From: Cyanidioschyzon merolae | Taxonomy: Eukaryota | Strand: one strand, 5' to 3' | Assembly (NCBI GenBank): GCA_000091205.1 | Contig: AP006490.2 | DNA: 64,000 nt | Shown: in pieces, positions 47,507-60,481 of the stretch | Layout: each line of letters opens with the position of its first letter | Position numbering within the stretch: position 1 is the stretch's first letter | Program-made: the position numbers and the translations under genes | The notes under the pieces: generated by a model | Database searches by the model: none | Told to the model about the DNA's origin: nothing | The model's input: the letters and a program-made list of their open reading frames with translations, nothing else

Positions 47507-48749
47507 AGATACAACGACTCGTACGAGGAAGGATGTGCTCGTGGATTACTTGCGACGAAACACGGAGTTCAGCGTGCTCGCTCTCAGCCTGAACTAGCAC
47601 TCTCCGCGTGTTTCCGCGGCGCTAAAACAATGCTCCAGACTAACGACTGATCATAATCATTATCAACCAGACGGCAATCCTTCGAACCGAACAGCGACAA
47701 AGTCGTTGACGCTCCAACAGGTCCTGGGAACGGCAGCAACTGCCGAGTGCTTTGCGCGACTTTGGAAGGCGCGACGCGTTCACAGAAACCGGCGCTGTAG
47801 CGTGCACCCCTCGCTCCAAGAAGAAAGTGTCAACTGCGACGCCTGGTTTGTGCGCAACCTTTTCGAGGTTCTGCACCACGAAAGAGTGCGTCTTATGCTG
47901 TTCAGAGGAAACTAGTTGCAGCAGCAGCCGCGGCAGTCGTCGGACGACAGGGTTTACAAAAAAGACGGAACTGCGACTTGTGTGCGACGCCCGCTGCCGC
48001 TCCGGTGGTGCTCAGAAAGTCGATGCGCGAGGTTGGTTCACGACGCTGCGGGGTCTGCAGGTGCTAGGCGATCTCGTATGCCGAAGAGCACCACGTCGGA
48101 TAGTAGTGCTGTCTCCAGCTGGCTCTCGCGTGGTTACCGACACACCAAGCCACTTTTTTAACGGATATGGTGTAGGCACCAGGTGACAGCGTAAACACTC
48201 GTTCGTTTGAACAGGAACACCAGCAGCACAGCTGCGCTGTGCTGTCAGGGAACCCAAGTTCCGCTCCCGTGGTGGTGCTTATCTTCATAGGTTTCCGACA
48301 CCCGTGTCAGTTAGAAATGGACCGCTGGACTACTCGCTGTGTGCCTGGTTTTCGATCTTGCGAATCTTTACTAGATATACAAGCACGACATTCACAGTGC
48401 GGCAATAATGGTATAGGAATTCATAGCTAGTTCTTCAGGATTCTTGGTCATGGTTTCCGAATGGGTTCTTCGACGTTTTGTTGCAGGAATTGCTCACGTT
48501 ACCGAAAACACGATGATTCGCGACGCCATCCAACAAGGTCTCTGACCATGATCGATATCATGATCCAATGTAAAGGTACAAGTCACAATTCTTCTCTTTT
48601 TCTCATGTGCAGTATGCTCGAATCACGCATGCCTCAACTCGTCGATGTTTGCGATACAAGGCAACTCGTAGGCACAGCAATTTGCACCGCTCGACTGACG
48701 CACGGGAAAAGCAATCGACTTCGCCCGGTGACGATTTATTCACAAGCTC

Positions 48750-49100
48750 AGGCCGAAAGTTCACTGTAATCGCCACGTTCGATGATCGATTCGGTTCGGA
48801 ATACGAATCCTCCAGTCTTTATGGCCATCGAGCGAGCCGCATTCGAGAGCAGCAGCGTGATGCCTCTCACGGAATGTGCTCCCAGAGGCTTCCGTGTCTT
48901 CTGTTTGCATAGAAAGTGAGGCCCTGTGCTCGGACTTGCGTCATCGCAGCGAACACGTCCGGTAGAGTGCGTAGCGCCGCTTTGCATGCAGGAAGCATAG
49001 ACGGATTCAAAATTATCGACTTGTTCTCCAGCCTTGACTTTCCTTTCGGTCCGTGCCACATTATCAACAACATCGCATTCCATAAATCCATGATCAAATG
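48750..49100 (-). repeat. Y-family repeat fragment (Y4)
   Basis: The reverse complement of 48870-49100 aligns to Y1 21030-21160. Compare 'gatttatggaatgcgatgttgttgataatg...aatccgtctatgcttcctgcatgc' with 'gatctgtggaacgcgatgctgtccattatg...gatccgtctatgcatcctccgtgc'. The ORF 48748..49215 peptide 'ITLLLSNAARSMAI' matches Y5's 'VTLLLSNAVSSMAT'. Confidence 0.5.
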
Positions 49101-50389
49101 GAATTACTGGTGCTTGCTTGTGTAGAAGATCCCGAACTAGCCGAGAGGTTATGCCCCAGCGAAGATCGCCATCGTCAGGGACGGCACCAAGCGCGAAAAC
49201 GGAAAAGGGCATCATGTGAAGCCTGATCTACCTCTTGAAGGGCATGGACAGAGCGGTGAAGCAAACGATCATGCGCTGCTAGGTAGCATTCGAAAGAGAA
49301 GATGTGGTCGAAGTCTTGGAACACTTGACCGCAGTCACATGTAACCGTTGCAAAGGGCGCAACGAAGCTTTTTACAAACAAGATCGACATAGCCCAGGAT
49401 GCGCGTAGATTGCAACTGGCGCATGTACAAGACCTGCGTTGGCAACAGCCGGGACTTACGAACTCTGGACTTGCACACTGCGAGCAGCATTCTGCGACTG
49501 CTGACGACGGAGCATGAGCGAGGTGAAAACCCAGCGTATTGAAAGCTGAGCATAAGAGAGAGGAGGCGGAAAGCGTCGCGGAAGCAAGGCCTGCAAAGCT
49601 TGTGTTGATGAAACTTGGAAAATGCCCAAGCATGCGCCTGCACGCCAGTCTCAGCAGAGTGCACCATTAGCATTTCATTCTGAATCCAGCGTACGGCATC
49701 CCGCAGCGCGTTAGCGCTCGTTGCACATGGCGATGAATGACGGCCATCGCTGTTCATTGTCAAAAGACTAGATCCGCGCGCTGCGTCGCAACCAGTCGGT
49801 CCCTGGGCCGCACCTATGGTGCGACGATGCATACCCTGAGCTTTCAGTGCACACAGATAGGCTCTAGATCCCCGCACGGTATCGGTGATGGATAAGCAGC
49901 GACGCAAAACGCTCGGAATACGAAGGATGAAGCTTTGCCTGCCTCGCATTCCAAATACTTCCCATCATGTGGACGCAGTTGAGCGTTTTTTGGACAGCGA
50001 CCAACGTCACCAGGAACCCGGTATGCTGTAGAACTGAGTGTGAGCAGGGTGCATTACGTGTCAGCTACCTGCGATGTTCAGACCGCGTGAGAGCCGTCCA
50101 GAGCAGCGCACCTGCGTATCGTACGATACTCGTTGCCGATCCCAAATGCTATGCAAATGCTGTAGATATGAAGCATGCGGTTCACTTCCATAGCGACATG
50201 TCGTATGGAAAAAGATGACGTCTGCACGCTGGTTTTTCCTCATATACTGCAGTGCCCTCAAATCGTTCACCTTGCACAAAGGCGTACCGATCTGAACGCC
50301 CCAGGCGAGCAGATCGAGCTCGACGCTGCCCAGCAGCTAATGATTCCCGTTTCAGACATGGTTCGCATTCCGCTGAAGCGGGTGTGTGG

Positions 50390-52165
50390 ATGCTGTGCGA
50401 TCCCTCGTGTTGGGTGACGCGCTGCAACACGCCCGGTATTCGAAAACAAAGCGTACTCTTCGTACAGCCTTGGTTGGCTCGGGCTGAGCGGCGGTACGCG
50501 TCGCTGCAGACGGCGTGCGTCGCTGGACTCCCGGTTGCGACTGTGGCACTGCGGAGGCGGCTTTCACTGTGCGCTGGCCAGCGAACTAGCGTATTTTGGT
50601 GCAACGCACAGCGCATCAACATGTCCCGTAAGCTCAAGTCCGTAGCGACTGCCTCCACCGTCGAACCGGAACGAGTTCGCGTGGCCAACACGAAGCCGGT
50701 CTACCCAGACAGGCGCTACGTGCTCTATTGGGTACAGGCGTCGCCGCGGATTCTCGAAAATCACGCTCTGGAATATGCTATTGAACGAGCGAACGCTTTG
50801 AACAAACCATTGGTCGCGTGCTTTGGTGTGACGGATAAGTATCCCGAGGCGAATCTTCGCCACTACCGTTTCCTACTCGAAGGACTCTCTGAACTCTGGG
50901 AGGATCTGCGCAAGAAGCGAGGCGTGGCGTTTCATGTCTTGTACGGCCCACCGGATGAGGTGGCTGCACAATGTGCTCGCGGAGCTGCCTGTGAGGTCGT
51001 CACGGACCTCGGTTACATGCGCATCCAGAGGCAGTGGCGAGAGCGGCTCGCCCAGGCCCTGGACTGCCGCTTGACGCTCGTGGAATCCGAAGCCGTGGTA
51101 CCAGTAGAGCTTGCCTCAGAGAAACACGAGTTTGCAGCTCGCACGCTACGTCCACGAATCTGGGCTTACATTCAAAGGTTTTGCGTGCCGCAAGCGCCGC
51201 AAACATTGCACCACTCGCAGCTGGAAATACCAGTTGATCACGGACCGTATTCGGAGCTGTTCGAAGAGTGCCCTATTGACGACAGCGAAGCGCCAGAACG
51301 CATTGATGCGGCACTAGAGCGTCTCGAGTCGCTAGATCGATCGGTGCCGGCAGTCTCACGTTACTTTCGGGGCGGTACCAGTGAGGCTCTGCGGCGTTTG
51401 GAGATTTTCTGCAGTACAAAGTTGTCCTTTTATGGCGAAGGGCGCAACCAGCCCCAGAGTGACCATACGAGCTGCCTGTCTGCGTACTTGCATTTCGGTC
51501 AGATATCTCCTATCACCATAGCATTGGCGGTTTGGTCACGAAAAGAGACTCCCCGAGAGTCCCGTGATGCCTTCATTGAAGAGTTGATTGTGCGGCGCGA
51601 GTTATCGTTCAATCACTGTTGGTATCGTCCGGATGACTACGATAAACTGGATAGTCTGCCCGAGTGGGTCCATCGAACGTACGCGGAACACCGCGATGAT
51701 CCACGCGAGCACTTGTACGATCTCGCGAGTCTCGAGCAAGCGCAAACGCATGATCCGTACTGGAACGCTGCACAAAAGGAAATGGTTCTCACGGGCCGCA
51801 TGCACGGCATGATGCGCATGTACTGGGCTAAGAAAGTGATCGAATGGACGCCATCCTGGGAATGTGCCTTTGACTGGCTGATTTATCTCAACAACAAGTA
51901 CGAGCTGGATGGTCGTGATGCGAACTCATTTGTTGGGGTGCTGTGGTCCTTCGGTTTACATGATCGAGCGCATGCCGAGCGAGCGATTTTTGGCAAGCTT
52001 CGCTGGATGTCGCGAGATGGCCTCGAACGCAAGTTTCCCATGCATGCGTACCTTGAGCGGATACGGGCCCTCGACAATGGCGCTTCGTGGGAGGATGCGG
52101 TATCTAGTGCAGCCTCGGCGACGAAAGATGATGGAAAGAAGCGCATCAAGCGGCCCCGTCGGTAG
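50390..52165 (+). CDS. Class II CPD (deoxyribodipyrimidine) photolyase
   Basis: ORF 50252..52165 has a GTG start. Candidate ATG starts are 50390 and 50621 ('MSRKLKS...'). Class II signatures are 'PVYPDRRYVLYWVQASPRILENHALEYAIERANALNKPLVACFGV', 'FRGGTSEALRRLEIF', 'SAYLHFGQISP', 'EELIVRRELSFNHCWYRPDDYD', 'DPYWNAAQKEMVLTGRMHGMMRMYWAKKVIEW' and 'LNNKYELDGRDANSFVGVLWSFGLHDRA'. Confidence 0.85.
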   Translation: MLCDPSCWVTRCNTPGIRKQSVLFVQPWLARAERRYASLQTACVAGLPVATVALRRRLSLCAGQRTSVFWCNAQRINMSRKLKSVATASTVEPERVRVANTKPVYPDRRYVLYWVQASPRILENHALEYAIERANALNKPLVACFGVTDKYPEANLRHYRFLLEGLSELWEDLRKKRGVAFHVLYGPPDEVAAQCARGAACEVVTDLGYMRIQRQWRERLAQALDCRLTLVESEAVVPVELASEKHEFAARTLRPRIWAYIQRFCVPQAPQTLHHSQLEIPVDHGPYSELFEECPIDDSEAPERIDAALERLESLDRSVPAVSRYFRGGTSEALRRLEIFCSTKLSFYGEGRNQPQSDHTSCLSAYLHFGQISPITIALAVWSRKETPRESRDAFIEELIVRRELSFNHCWYRPDDYDKLDSLPEWVHRTYAEHRDDPREHLYDLASLEQAQTHDPYWNAAQKEMVLTGRMHGMMRMYWAKKVIEWTPSWECAFDWLIYLNNKYELDGRDANSFVGVLWSFGLHDRAHAERAIFGKLRWMSRDGLERKFPMHAYLERIRALDNGASWEDAVSSAASATKDDGKKRIKRPRR

Positions 52166-52569
52166 GGTGCTCGAAGCGCTCGCTGACTCGCGTCGCGCTG
52201 CGGGTGATGATGCCTGCCCCCAGCGTTTGCTTCGAAGCCCTACGTAATGGAAGTGTATCACAGCAAAAGTCGTCAAGCGGAATGGGAAACGCACCAAGCG
52301 CCGTGAGATATGAAAACGTCTTCATCGTGCGGCATCAGGGAATCGAGCTTGACTCGCTCGGAAGCAGGGATCCTGATGGTTACCAGGCTACTGCACACAC
52401 GACTTGCGCTGAGGGCACCTAATCGGAATCTCGTTCTGCAGCACTAGATGCCAGATGAGGCACCTGCGTGTTTCTCAGGACGTCAAGCGTGTAGCTGTGC
52501 ACTCCACTTGAGCGTCACAGCCTCGGGAACGGTTACCGTACCCATGCGGAAAATGTTTCGGGGGTCGGT

Positions 52570-53480
52570 TCATCGACGCTGCTGACGCGGGCACGCGCCG
52601 ACGACAAAGTCGTTCTTCGGCACCTCCTGCATCGCAGGATCCGCTGCCTTGTTTTCTCCATGCCTCACCGAGGGTGGCGACGAAGACTGAACGCGACGAT
52701 CTACCTTCAAGCGCCGATAGTGTACACATATGGCTACTCCATCGGTTTCGATCATACCAGTATACCTTTTGCTTGCTCGTTTTGACACGTTGGAAATCGA
52801 AGATATATTCTTCAAGTGCGTCTCACGGCTTTCGGCGGCGAATTCTATCTTCCATACATCGAACTCCGATCTGATCTCCTTCATGATGCGGTAGAGGATT
52901 CTGGAGTCGATAGCCACAAATTGTGACTTGATGCTGCACAACGGAACGACACGGAAGTACTTACCCATTAGGGCAGCCTGCCGTTTCTCTGAATCTTCAT
53001 TTTTCCCCCTTCACCTGCCTCCATCTCCGCCTCGCGTTCGAGTTCTCGGTTCAGGAACACGATATAGCGCAGGATGAGGGGATAAAATCTATTTTCATCT
53101 GTTTTCATATATGCTACCTGTTCTGCTGGGTTGACCAGCCCCAAAACTGCACGGTGCTCTTGAATAGGCCCACGGGTTCCAGGAGCGCCATTCTTTCTCC
53201 TGTGTGATGTGCTCTCGTCGACGAATTCGATTTCCTTTTCATTCTTACTATCGTTAGTGATGCCATCGATGATGGTCCATCTTGCCCTGCGAGAGCGGCC
53301 TGGGTACAGCGCAATGATGGAGCGTACAATGAAGCGTTTGAGGTTCACGATCATGTAGTTCCTCCGGTTCTTGAAGTACTTGATCGCCGCGTAGGTGTAA
53401 ATATCCGCGTTACCCCTTATGTTGCGTACCGTCGCAGCGGTATTCGGGCTGGATTTCGTGGGGGCCATATACTTGCTCAT
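52570..53480 (-). CDS. Two abutting hypothetical ORFs (170 aa and 132 aa, different frames) in a low-GC patch; possible frameshifted or degenerate gene
   Basis: ORFs 52968..53480 and 52570..52968 on the minus strand overlap by one base. No domain was recognised. The local AT-richness and the neighbouring degenerate B element suggest repeat or pseudogene context. Confidence 0.25.
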
Positions 53481-53499
53481 TTGTCCTCGATGTATCCCC

Positions 53500-55190
53500 C
53501 GTGCTAAGCACCAGATAGCTGATGAATGTCTTGTCGAAAAATTCTTACGGAACCTCGACTGTTCTGATGTCTATCACGTCGCGATGGATCTCCTTCACCA
53601 AACGCACTAGTCATGAAGAAACCTTCTTAATAATCGATGAGTACGACTCGACAAGGTTTCTGATGCCCTGTTGGAACTTTTGCTTGCACGGATCCTTGAT
53701 ACGTCCGAGAGGAGTGGCTTTCACCACCATCTCGTCGTCCTGTTGTCGTTCGTGCAGCTCGTGACGTCTGACCTCCTCCTTTTGCTTCGTCGTCTTTTCC
53801 TGTTCCTAACTGCTCCGCTGTGTTTTTCGTTTTTTTCCGGCAACCGGCGATACCTGCCCTCCAGCATCCTGCATTTCGTTCTCCATGACATCCCCTTTTT
53901 ATTTTTGTTTTGGAAAACAACTCACTTTGAAAGCTCCTGCTATAAAACGCGAGAAACCACTTGAAAACACTAATTTGAGGGCTAAAACCCCATCGAAATG
54001 AAAGACTGTAACTTTTTATGACTTCAAGGCACATACAACTTGTGCATCAGAACAACAAGTCATTGAATGGTTAAGATCGCGTTTCCCTTCAACGGCGGCA
54101 TACGCGTCGTGTCTCATGCCTGCCAGGTCTCCCAGGTGCGCGTATCGATAAAAGACACGTGTCCGACGCCGCATTCGCACATGCGTGCTCTCACCGGCGC
54201 TCTGCGGCACATGCGGCAGCTGGTAATTTAAGAAAAACGAAAAAGCGGACATTCCCGCGCGGATGATCTGAGCTTACAGACTTTCAATTCTATTGCGTTT
54301 CGCCCCCGCTGCAGTGTATATGAGGACGTCGAAATAACTGTGCAACTTACCGTATATATCGTAGGTAAATTGTCTGCAGGATATATTCATTACTGAACAG
54401 CTCATGGAGGACTGCGTTCATCCTTCAGGTCAGTCGCACAATAATACGCAGATGGTTGATGAACACTGAAAGTAACAAGTAGGTAAGCACCGCACCAAAA
54501 ACTGGTATTCTCAAAGACTGCTAGCGATCAGTGGTAGAGAGCGACTCTTCGCTCACCGTACGGAAAGTTGGAGCGACGATAGAAGCCACTGCGACCGTCT
54601 CTGTTTCTCAACAGCTTGTTCACATTGCCCTGAAAACGCTGGGATACATTCGCAAAAGAAGACTCCATTCATTCACGGCCACCTTCCACCGGAATTGTAA
54701 CGACAGCGCTCCGGGTACCCAGCGATCGGTATGAAGCACAGGGTCGCCGGGTTTGCTTTTCCATTCGTTGAGACTTTCTTCGGACGCAACGGTCGGAGTA
54801 TGTATGGGTATTCGCGAAGCAGGGCCCCCGTTGTAAATACGATCGAAATCGAAGAGAACGAGGATATCTTCATCAGTCTTAGCTGCAGTGGATTCATTTG
54901 ACGGCCTCAGTTTCGCACCTACGGAAGGCGCATACAACAGAACCCTCTTCGTCGGATCATCGAAGACTTTTCTCAGACGTCTGGTGACGTCCTTCGATTC
55001 CACAATGTTGCATTTCACCATTCCCCTTGCATTCGAGTTTTTACTGAATCTTTCGGGATAGAGCTGCTTTCCATTCCTCCGTGCGCTCCTTGATTCAACG
55101 CCATCGAGGGAGCATTTTGTATCGTGAAACGTAATGATCGCTTTCCTTGCCGAATCGCTGAAGCGTCCGGCGTACGGTGCCACACCAGGG
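53500..55190 (+). repeat. A/B repeat family, copy B (rearranged: the ~190-aa ORF is inverted relative to copy A, and the small-ORF homolog contains stops)
   Basis: See copy A. ORF 54620..55183 (minus strand, ATG start) is homologous to 16813..17409. Positions 53815-53920 match 16620-16740 in the same orientation. The homolog of the 93-aa ORF (~53560-53760, minus) reads '...ATPLGRIKDPCKQKFQQGIRNLVESYSSI', compare 'VDACKRFEHRDLNAAIRIRRYAEL', with an upstream in-frame stop. Confidence 0.45.
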
Positions 55191-56670
55191 GCGCATTTCG
55201 TCTTTTTTCCACACGTCCTTCTCTGTCCATGCAGGTTCTCACCTTAGTGCATCAAGAAGTGTGTTCGTTTTGAAGAAATACAATATCCAAGAGATTAGCT
55301 GGGGTGTACACTCCAGAAGGTCGAGATAGAGAGTGGCCAGCGAAGCGCTTCGGCGATAGAAAAGCACGAAGAGGTGGCAGAGCAGCAAACGGCACAGAGA
55401 GAACCTGTTCGAGGAATCTTTGCATTAGTGCGTCCAACCAGAGGCAATCAACGTACGGAGTTCGTGGACCAAGACTTCAACGCCGTCATCCATATCAAAC
55501 GATGCGTGGTGCGGATGACGAGATTCGCGGACCTGATACGATCCAACTTTATGGGCCAGCCGCTCAGGCTCAACGTGTACAAAGAGAAATTGGAATCGAT
55601 AGCAGGGGTCCGGTCTTTAACGACTGGGAGGCGTCTGCACGTCGGTATTCATTTACCCTCCATAACTGTGAAACATTTAGTGTTTCACTGACTCTACAGA
55701 AGACGGCAATGGACTTGGGCCTGTGTCCCCTTAAGGATCGATTGCATTGAAGCATGGGTCTCCGCTTTGCACCAAGGCGACATAGACTGATAGAAATATC
55801 TGGATGAGTTCCCAATCTTTGGTTTTTTCGGGTACTTATCGCATCATGGACAACATCGCGCACCGCAAATCCTCGATTCACTGGAACAGTGAGCGCTTGC
55901 GTGTGCAGCTGACAACGCACTCGCATACGGGATTGTACAGAAGAAGCGCGCCATAGCACGGTGCGACACCGGCGAAGTAGATTGCATCTATCCCTCTGGA
56001 CCCTTCAACGGCATATACCAAGCTATAAACCAAGCGTTTTCGTGCTACAGGGCGACACTGGAATTACGCAATGTGGTAGACGCATAGGAACATCTCATGA
56101 GAGTCAGGTGTCACGGTTGCGAAGCGCTCAGCGAGGCTGTGTACCTAGAACTTGAAACAGGCCTGCGAAGCGTAGGTCGCAACTCTCGCATCTGCACGGA
56201 ATGCACCAACGACTGGCAGAAGCGGTGAAATCGGGACCCGGACACTGCTATCCACAGCCTTTCGACAACGAGCAACGGAACTGGAGGGAAGGAATACCCC
56301 AATACATATAAAAACGTAGATGAAACAGTGGAAAAAGAGACCAGTTGAAGAAAAAGCTCCCAATGACTGGTATTGATGATCGTAGGAAAACCCGTAAACA
56401 CTGGAGTGTATGCCGCAGTCAGCAAAACGGACCCTTTCCAGGGTCGTCTGACATGACAGCATCTGGAGAATCCACGAATGCGCAGCTGCAGCAGAGGCAA
56501 CGGCAGCGGCAGCAGCGGATGGGCGTGCTCTTCACCAAAATCACGCAGCGGCGCGCTTTTCCGGCAGCGCGCTCGAAGCCGCGATGGTGAGAACAAGATT
56601 CACACAGGAACTGCCGCGGAACACAGGAACCAGACGAGTATTTGTTGCGTGACTTGTTCGACAGAAGCCC

Positions 56671-57939
56671 ATGTTCGTTGGTGCACCTTTCTACGGTGTT
56701 GGCAGCTTTGGTCCATTCGACGAAGGACGTTTGCAGAGCCCACAGCGAGGCTTCCGAACGCGCACCCGTCGTGCGGGGCACTGCAGCGTACGCACGCTTG
56801 CGCTTCAGGCGAGCGGACCGCACAGAGCGCGCAGCTCGCGCAAGAAGACGAAACGGAGAGCAAGTCAAACCGAAGGATCCACCGAAGAGTTTGAAATAAC
56901 GGATATACCTCTGAGCAACTTCAGCTTTATTCAAGCGGACGGCAGTGTGGACTGGGAGCGGTTTGAAACCTTCTCCAGCCGCAGCTGGGAGGAGACCCAA
57001 ACGGTAGTTCGGGAGGTACCAGAAGACCTTCCATTAAACGCTGATCCTGACGTGATTCAGGCTAGTGACGAGCAAACGACGGAGCTAGGCGCTGGACCTG
57101 GTCCAGCGGCACTGACGCTGTCACGGGACGAGCTCCAGTCTCCGGGGAAGTATGAGCGGATTACGAGCCTAGGTGCGCTTGGCGTTATCGCACGTGACGG
57201 CCTGGTCGAACCGCTGGATACGGCCGCTCGAGCGTTGCGCGAGCAGGAACTCGTCTATGTGACGTTCAGTGTCTCGCTTGAGCGAGACGGGGATGCATTT
57301 GTGCGAGGTCGTGTCCGCACTCGCTTTCGGAATGAGAGCTGTGATCGATGTGCAACTCGCTTGGAGATGGAGGTCCGCAGTTCGTTTGACGTTTGGATGG
57401 CGTCTCGTGAGGACGCCGTTCCCAACGCCGAAGCCGGCGATCCGCGCATCGAGGAAGCCATCGAGCCTTTCCATGCTGGTATTGAGGCGGTCGACTTTAC
57501 CAAGCATGTCCGGGAAGCCATATGGTTGGGCATTCCCTCTCGGGTGCTTTGCGCAGACCAGCAGTTATGTCGGACGCGGATGCAGCAGATAGGTTGGCAG
57601 TTTTCCGGCAACAGTGGGGACGCCACCATCCAAAACTTTGGGCCTGACGACCTGGTGACTCGAAACCAGCAGCGGTCGCCATCGGTAATCCCTCAGAAAG
57701 ATGCCCGGAAAAGTTCAAAGAAAAAAGAGATCCAACCAGGACAGCGACAACCGCAGACTACAACTCAGGCGATGGCTGTCGACACACGAACACTGCGGAG
57801 CCTGGCAGCGCGCAACCCAGAAGCTGCCAAAAAGCTCTCCGAAATACGAGAGCGCCTGCTCTCCGGTGAAAATGAACAGCAGACGCCGCCCAGATCGCCG
57901 TCGTCGGAGGGCCCTCATGAGTCACACCCTAGAATATGA
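56671..57939 (+). CDS. DUF177 (YceD-like) family protein with N-terminal organelle-presequence-like extension and long basic C-terminal tail
   Basis: ATG at 56671. The core is 'GVIARDGLVEPLDTAARALREQELVYVTFSVSLERDGDAFVRGRVRTRFRNESCDRCATRLEMEVRSSFDVWM...EEAIEPFHAGIEAVDFTKHVREAIWLGIPSRVLCADQQLC', which follows the DUF177 pattern of a C.RC motif and a later LC...LC motif. The N-terminus 'MFVGAPFYGVGSFGPF...RTRTRRAG' is Phe- and Arg-rich. Confidence 0.55.
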   Translation: MFVGAPFYGVGSFGPFDEGRLQSPQRGFRTRTRRAGHCSVRTLALQASGPHRARSSRKKTKRRASQTEGSTEEFEITDIPLSNFSFIQADGSVDWERFETFSSRSWEETQTVVREVPEDLPLNADPDVIQASDEQTTELGAGPGPAALTLSRDELQSPGKYERITSLGALGVIARDGLVEPLDTAARALREQELVYVTFSVSLERDGDAFVRGRVRTRFRNESCDRCATRLEMEVRSSFDVWMASREDAVPNAEAGDPRIEEAIEPFHAGIEAVDFTKHVREAIWLGIPSRVLCADQQLCRTRMQQIGWQFSGNSGDATIQNFGPDDLVTRNQQRSPSVIPQKDARKSSKKKEIQPGQRQPQTTTQAMAVDTRTLRSLAARNPEAAKKLSEIRERLLSGENEQQTPPRSPSSEGPHESHPRI

Positions 57940-58689
57940 GTGCATTTCGCTGCCGACACCGACCCGTCACCACCCTTCCATGGACCGTTTCGATTGCGAG
58001 TAGTGGAGAGCACCTGTTTCATCAATACAGCAGCGGTTACCTTGTCGAGATGTACCAGACCTGCAATAGATCAGTTTGCGAGCAGGCAACTCGGATCATT
58101 TATCAATCTACCTCTGTGAACGGAACTCTGAGGTGAATATTTGAGAGCACCTGCTCGGTTATTCGTTGCGAACACACGGGCTCAGTTTCGCGACGCTACC
58201 AGGCGCGTCGGCACGAACGCACCAGCAGCCACTGGTGCTGCGAGTCGCTGGAACGGGTGCAATTGCCGTTATTCAATAACCATAAACGAATGCCAAGCGT
58301 TTCAGGATCCACGCAAGGAGCTTTCCCTAGAGCAACGCATGTTGTACATGAAAACCGGAAATATAAGCGCTCCCTTTGGACCATGGTCTTCATTTTACTC
58401 GTGCTAGACTAGATCGGGACATGTCCGATACCTCGGGCCTATGATCTCGTATTGGGGTCTCTTGTTATTGTCATCAAAACTGGCCTTTTGGGGCTTTTTC
58501 TGTGACTGCTTCCGTTTTCACGATCTCTTAGCTCCGGATTTCTAAACGCAGGTCACTCCTGTCGCATTAGGTCCGCAATCTCTAACCAACGGGTGTTGAA
58601 GGCAGTTGTCAAGTCCCGATTACGCCACTTCAGGCTACCATCAACGCTTTTTTAACGCACGTGGAGGGTATAGTTGGGATCTCTGAACC

Positions 58690-59775
58690 GCTTGCCATTT
58701 CCTTTTTCTCTGGATACAGCGTCAAAGCGCCTTTCGCAGCGGTGACACGTGACCGTGTTCAGATGTTCCCGCATATCCATTGTAGCTCCGGCTTCGGTCG
58801 CCGTCCTGTGGCGCGTCAACGCTTGCTTCATCGTTCTGCGAATGCGCTTGACGAGTACGGAACGCAACCCTGGATGACCTGTTTCGTTTCCGCGCCCGAT
58901 ACCGTGCCCGAGAATCATCGGGGTCTGCTGGGCGAGCCTATCGCCGCGTACGCTACCCGCTGCACACGCTAGTGTATGCAGTTCGATTCGATTCAGGATT
59001 TGTGGGACGTGATGTTGTTCACAATGAAATCTGTACTAGGAAGAGAACTCCGGCTGGAGCATTCGTCTGGAAATTTCGATACGTCTACGCAATCTATTCG
59101 CGCACAACGGCAACGAACTCTCCACTGAAAACAAACCCTACAATGACGAAAACCGTGGCCCCAAATCCTTCTCCTCGGCAACAACAGAAGAGGTGGGAGC
59201 CTCTGGGGACGTGTCCCCGGACAGGTGTCACGTTACTGCTGTCGAATGCAGTTTCGTCGATGGCCACAAATCAGAAGAGGATTTGTCTTCTGAACGAGGT
59301 CGATAATTATTTGATTCGAGAATTTTTGTGAACTTTCGGCATGAGCTCGTAAAAAAGACGTCAAGCATTTCTACTCGTCAATGCAGTGGCTTGAATTGCC
59401 GCACCCACCAGTTGCCTTGGAAGAGAAACATTGAAATCCTGAAAAATGCATGATTTGAGCACACTACGCCAAAGACAAGGAGAAGAGCCGAGGATTCCGC
59501 ATGTGAATAGGATGACGATGTCTGCTGTTTTATGAACAGCTATTCGAGGGCGTCACGAATCATCCTCTTTCTGCTGAAGCAACGATATCCAGCGGCAAAG
59601 CGTCTTAGGGGCCAACCCGAACGCACAACCGAGAATCCTAAAATACTCATGAATCCGTAGGCCCTTGTTCCTGCTATTCGAACATCGAGGCTGTGCATGA
59701 AAAAAAAAACTACGCAAAAGAATCGAAAGACATGAAAACAGCGATCCGTTCAGAGTCCCATTTTAACCTGAACCC
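58690..59775 (+). repeat. Y-family repeat, full-length diverged copy Y5 (~1085 bp)
   Basis: Three blocks match Y1. The left-end block is '...cctttcgcagcggtgacacgtga'. The internal blocks 58940-59060 match 20960-21060 and 59200-59330 match 21240-21330. The right-end block 59630-59775 matches 21660-21800, including 'catcgaggctgt.ca..aaaaaaa...gaaaagaatcgaa'. Confidence 0.6.
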
Positions 59776-60481
59776 AGTTTTGTGCACCCAATATTCAAGA
59801 GGATCACGATCTCTTCCGACGATTGATGAGCTGCCTCTCCGGGACAGCATGCTTGCATACGAAAGCACGGAAATGTACACATATTCATATTTTCATGCGC
59901 GTGCATACACACGATGAATCCACCGCCCTCTCCGCAAACCTAGTACAGACAGCACGACATTTGACCTGGTGCATTTTGCCTTCGACGAAGAGACCGCTGG
60001 AGCTTACCGGGGCATTCTAGACTCCCGTAGCGCACGGCGTCTGATGCACCCGAGTTCTCAACAACGGGTCGGTGCGATCAAGACCTTGTTCCTTTTGGCA
60101 CGTTCCAGATACCGCATGCTCTGAAAACACGGTATGATGCGCCTGTAAAAACGAGGGAGCCAGTTGGCTGCACGACGCTGCCGATGCATATAACAGCGCT
60201 CCGCAAAAATTATCTTTCGGGACAGTAGATCTTTGGCTGGCGACGGAGCCAACGCTATACGCAGATAAGCGCCGCATCGCAGCGCTCCGTCCACCGCAGG
60301 CTCTATCCATTGCAGAGTGTTCCGCGCCGTGTCTTCCGAGCCACAGAGTCTGTCCAGAAGCGTCTCTGAGCACAGATCATACGTCTGCGATATGCGGGTG
60401 CAGCAGCACGGCAACGATACCAGTGCAGCCGTGTCGCACTTCACAGCTAGAAACGTCAAGTATCCCATCTACTGCCGCTCT

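Noticed and set aside
49175-49949. Minus-strand ORFs between PRP8 and photolyase, including a Cys-rich 'CDCGQVFQDFDHIFSFEC' segment
   Set aside because: Two overlapping frames and no recognised domain. This could be a small zinc-binding protein gene with a frameshift, but there is not enough evidence to call it.
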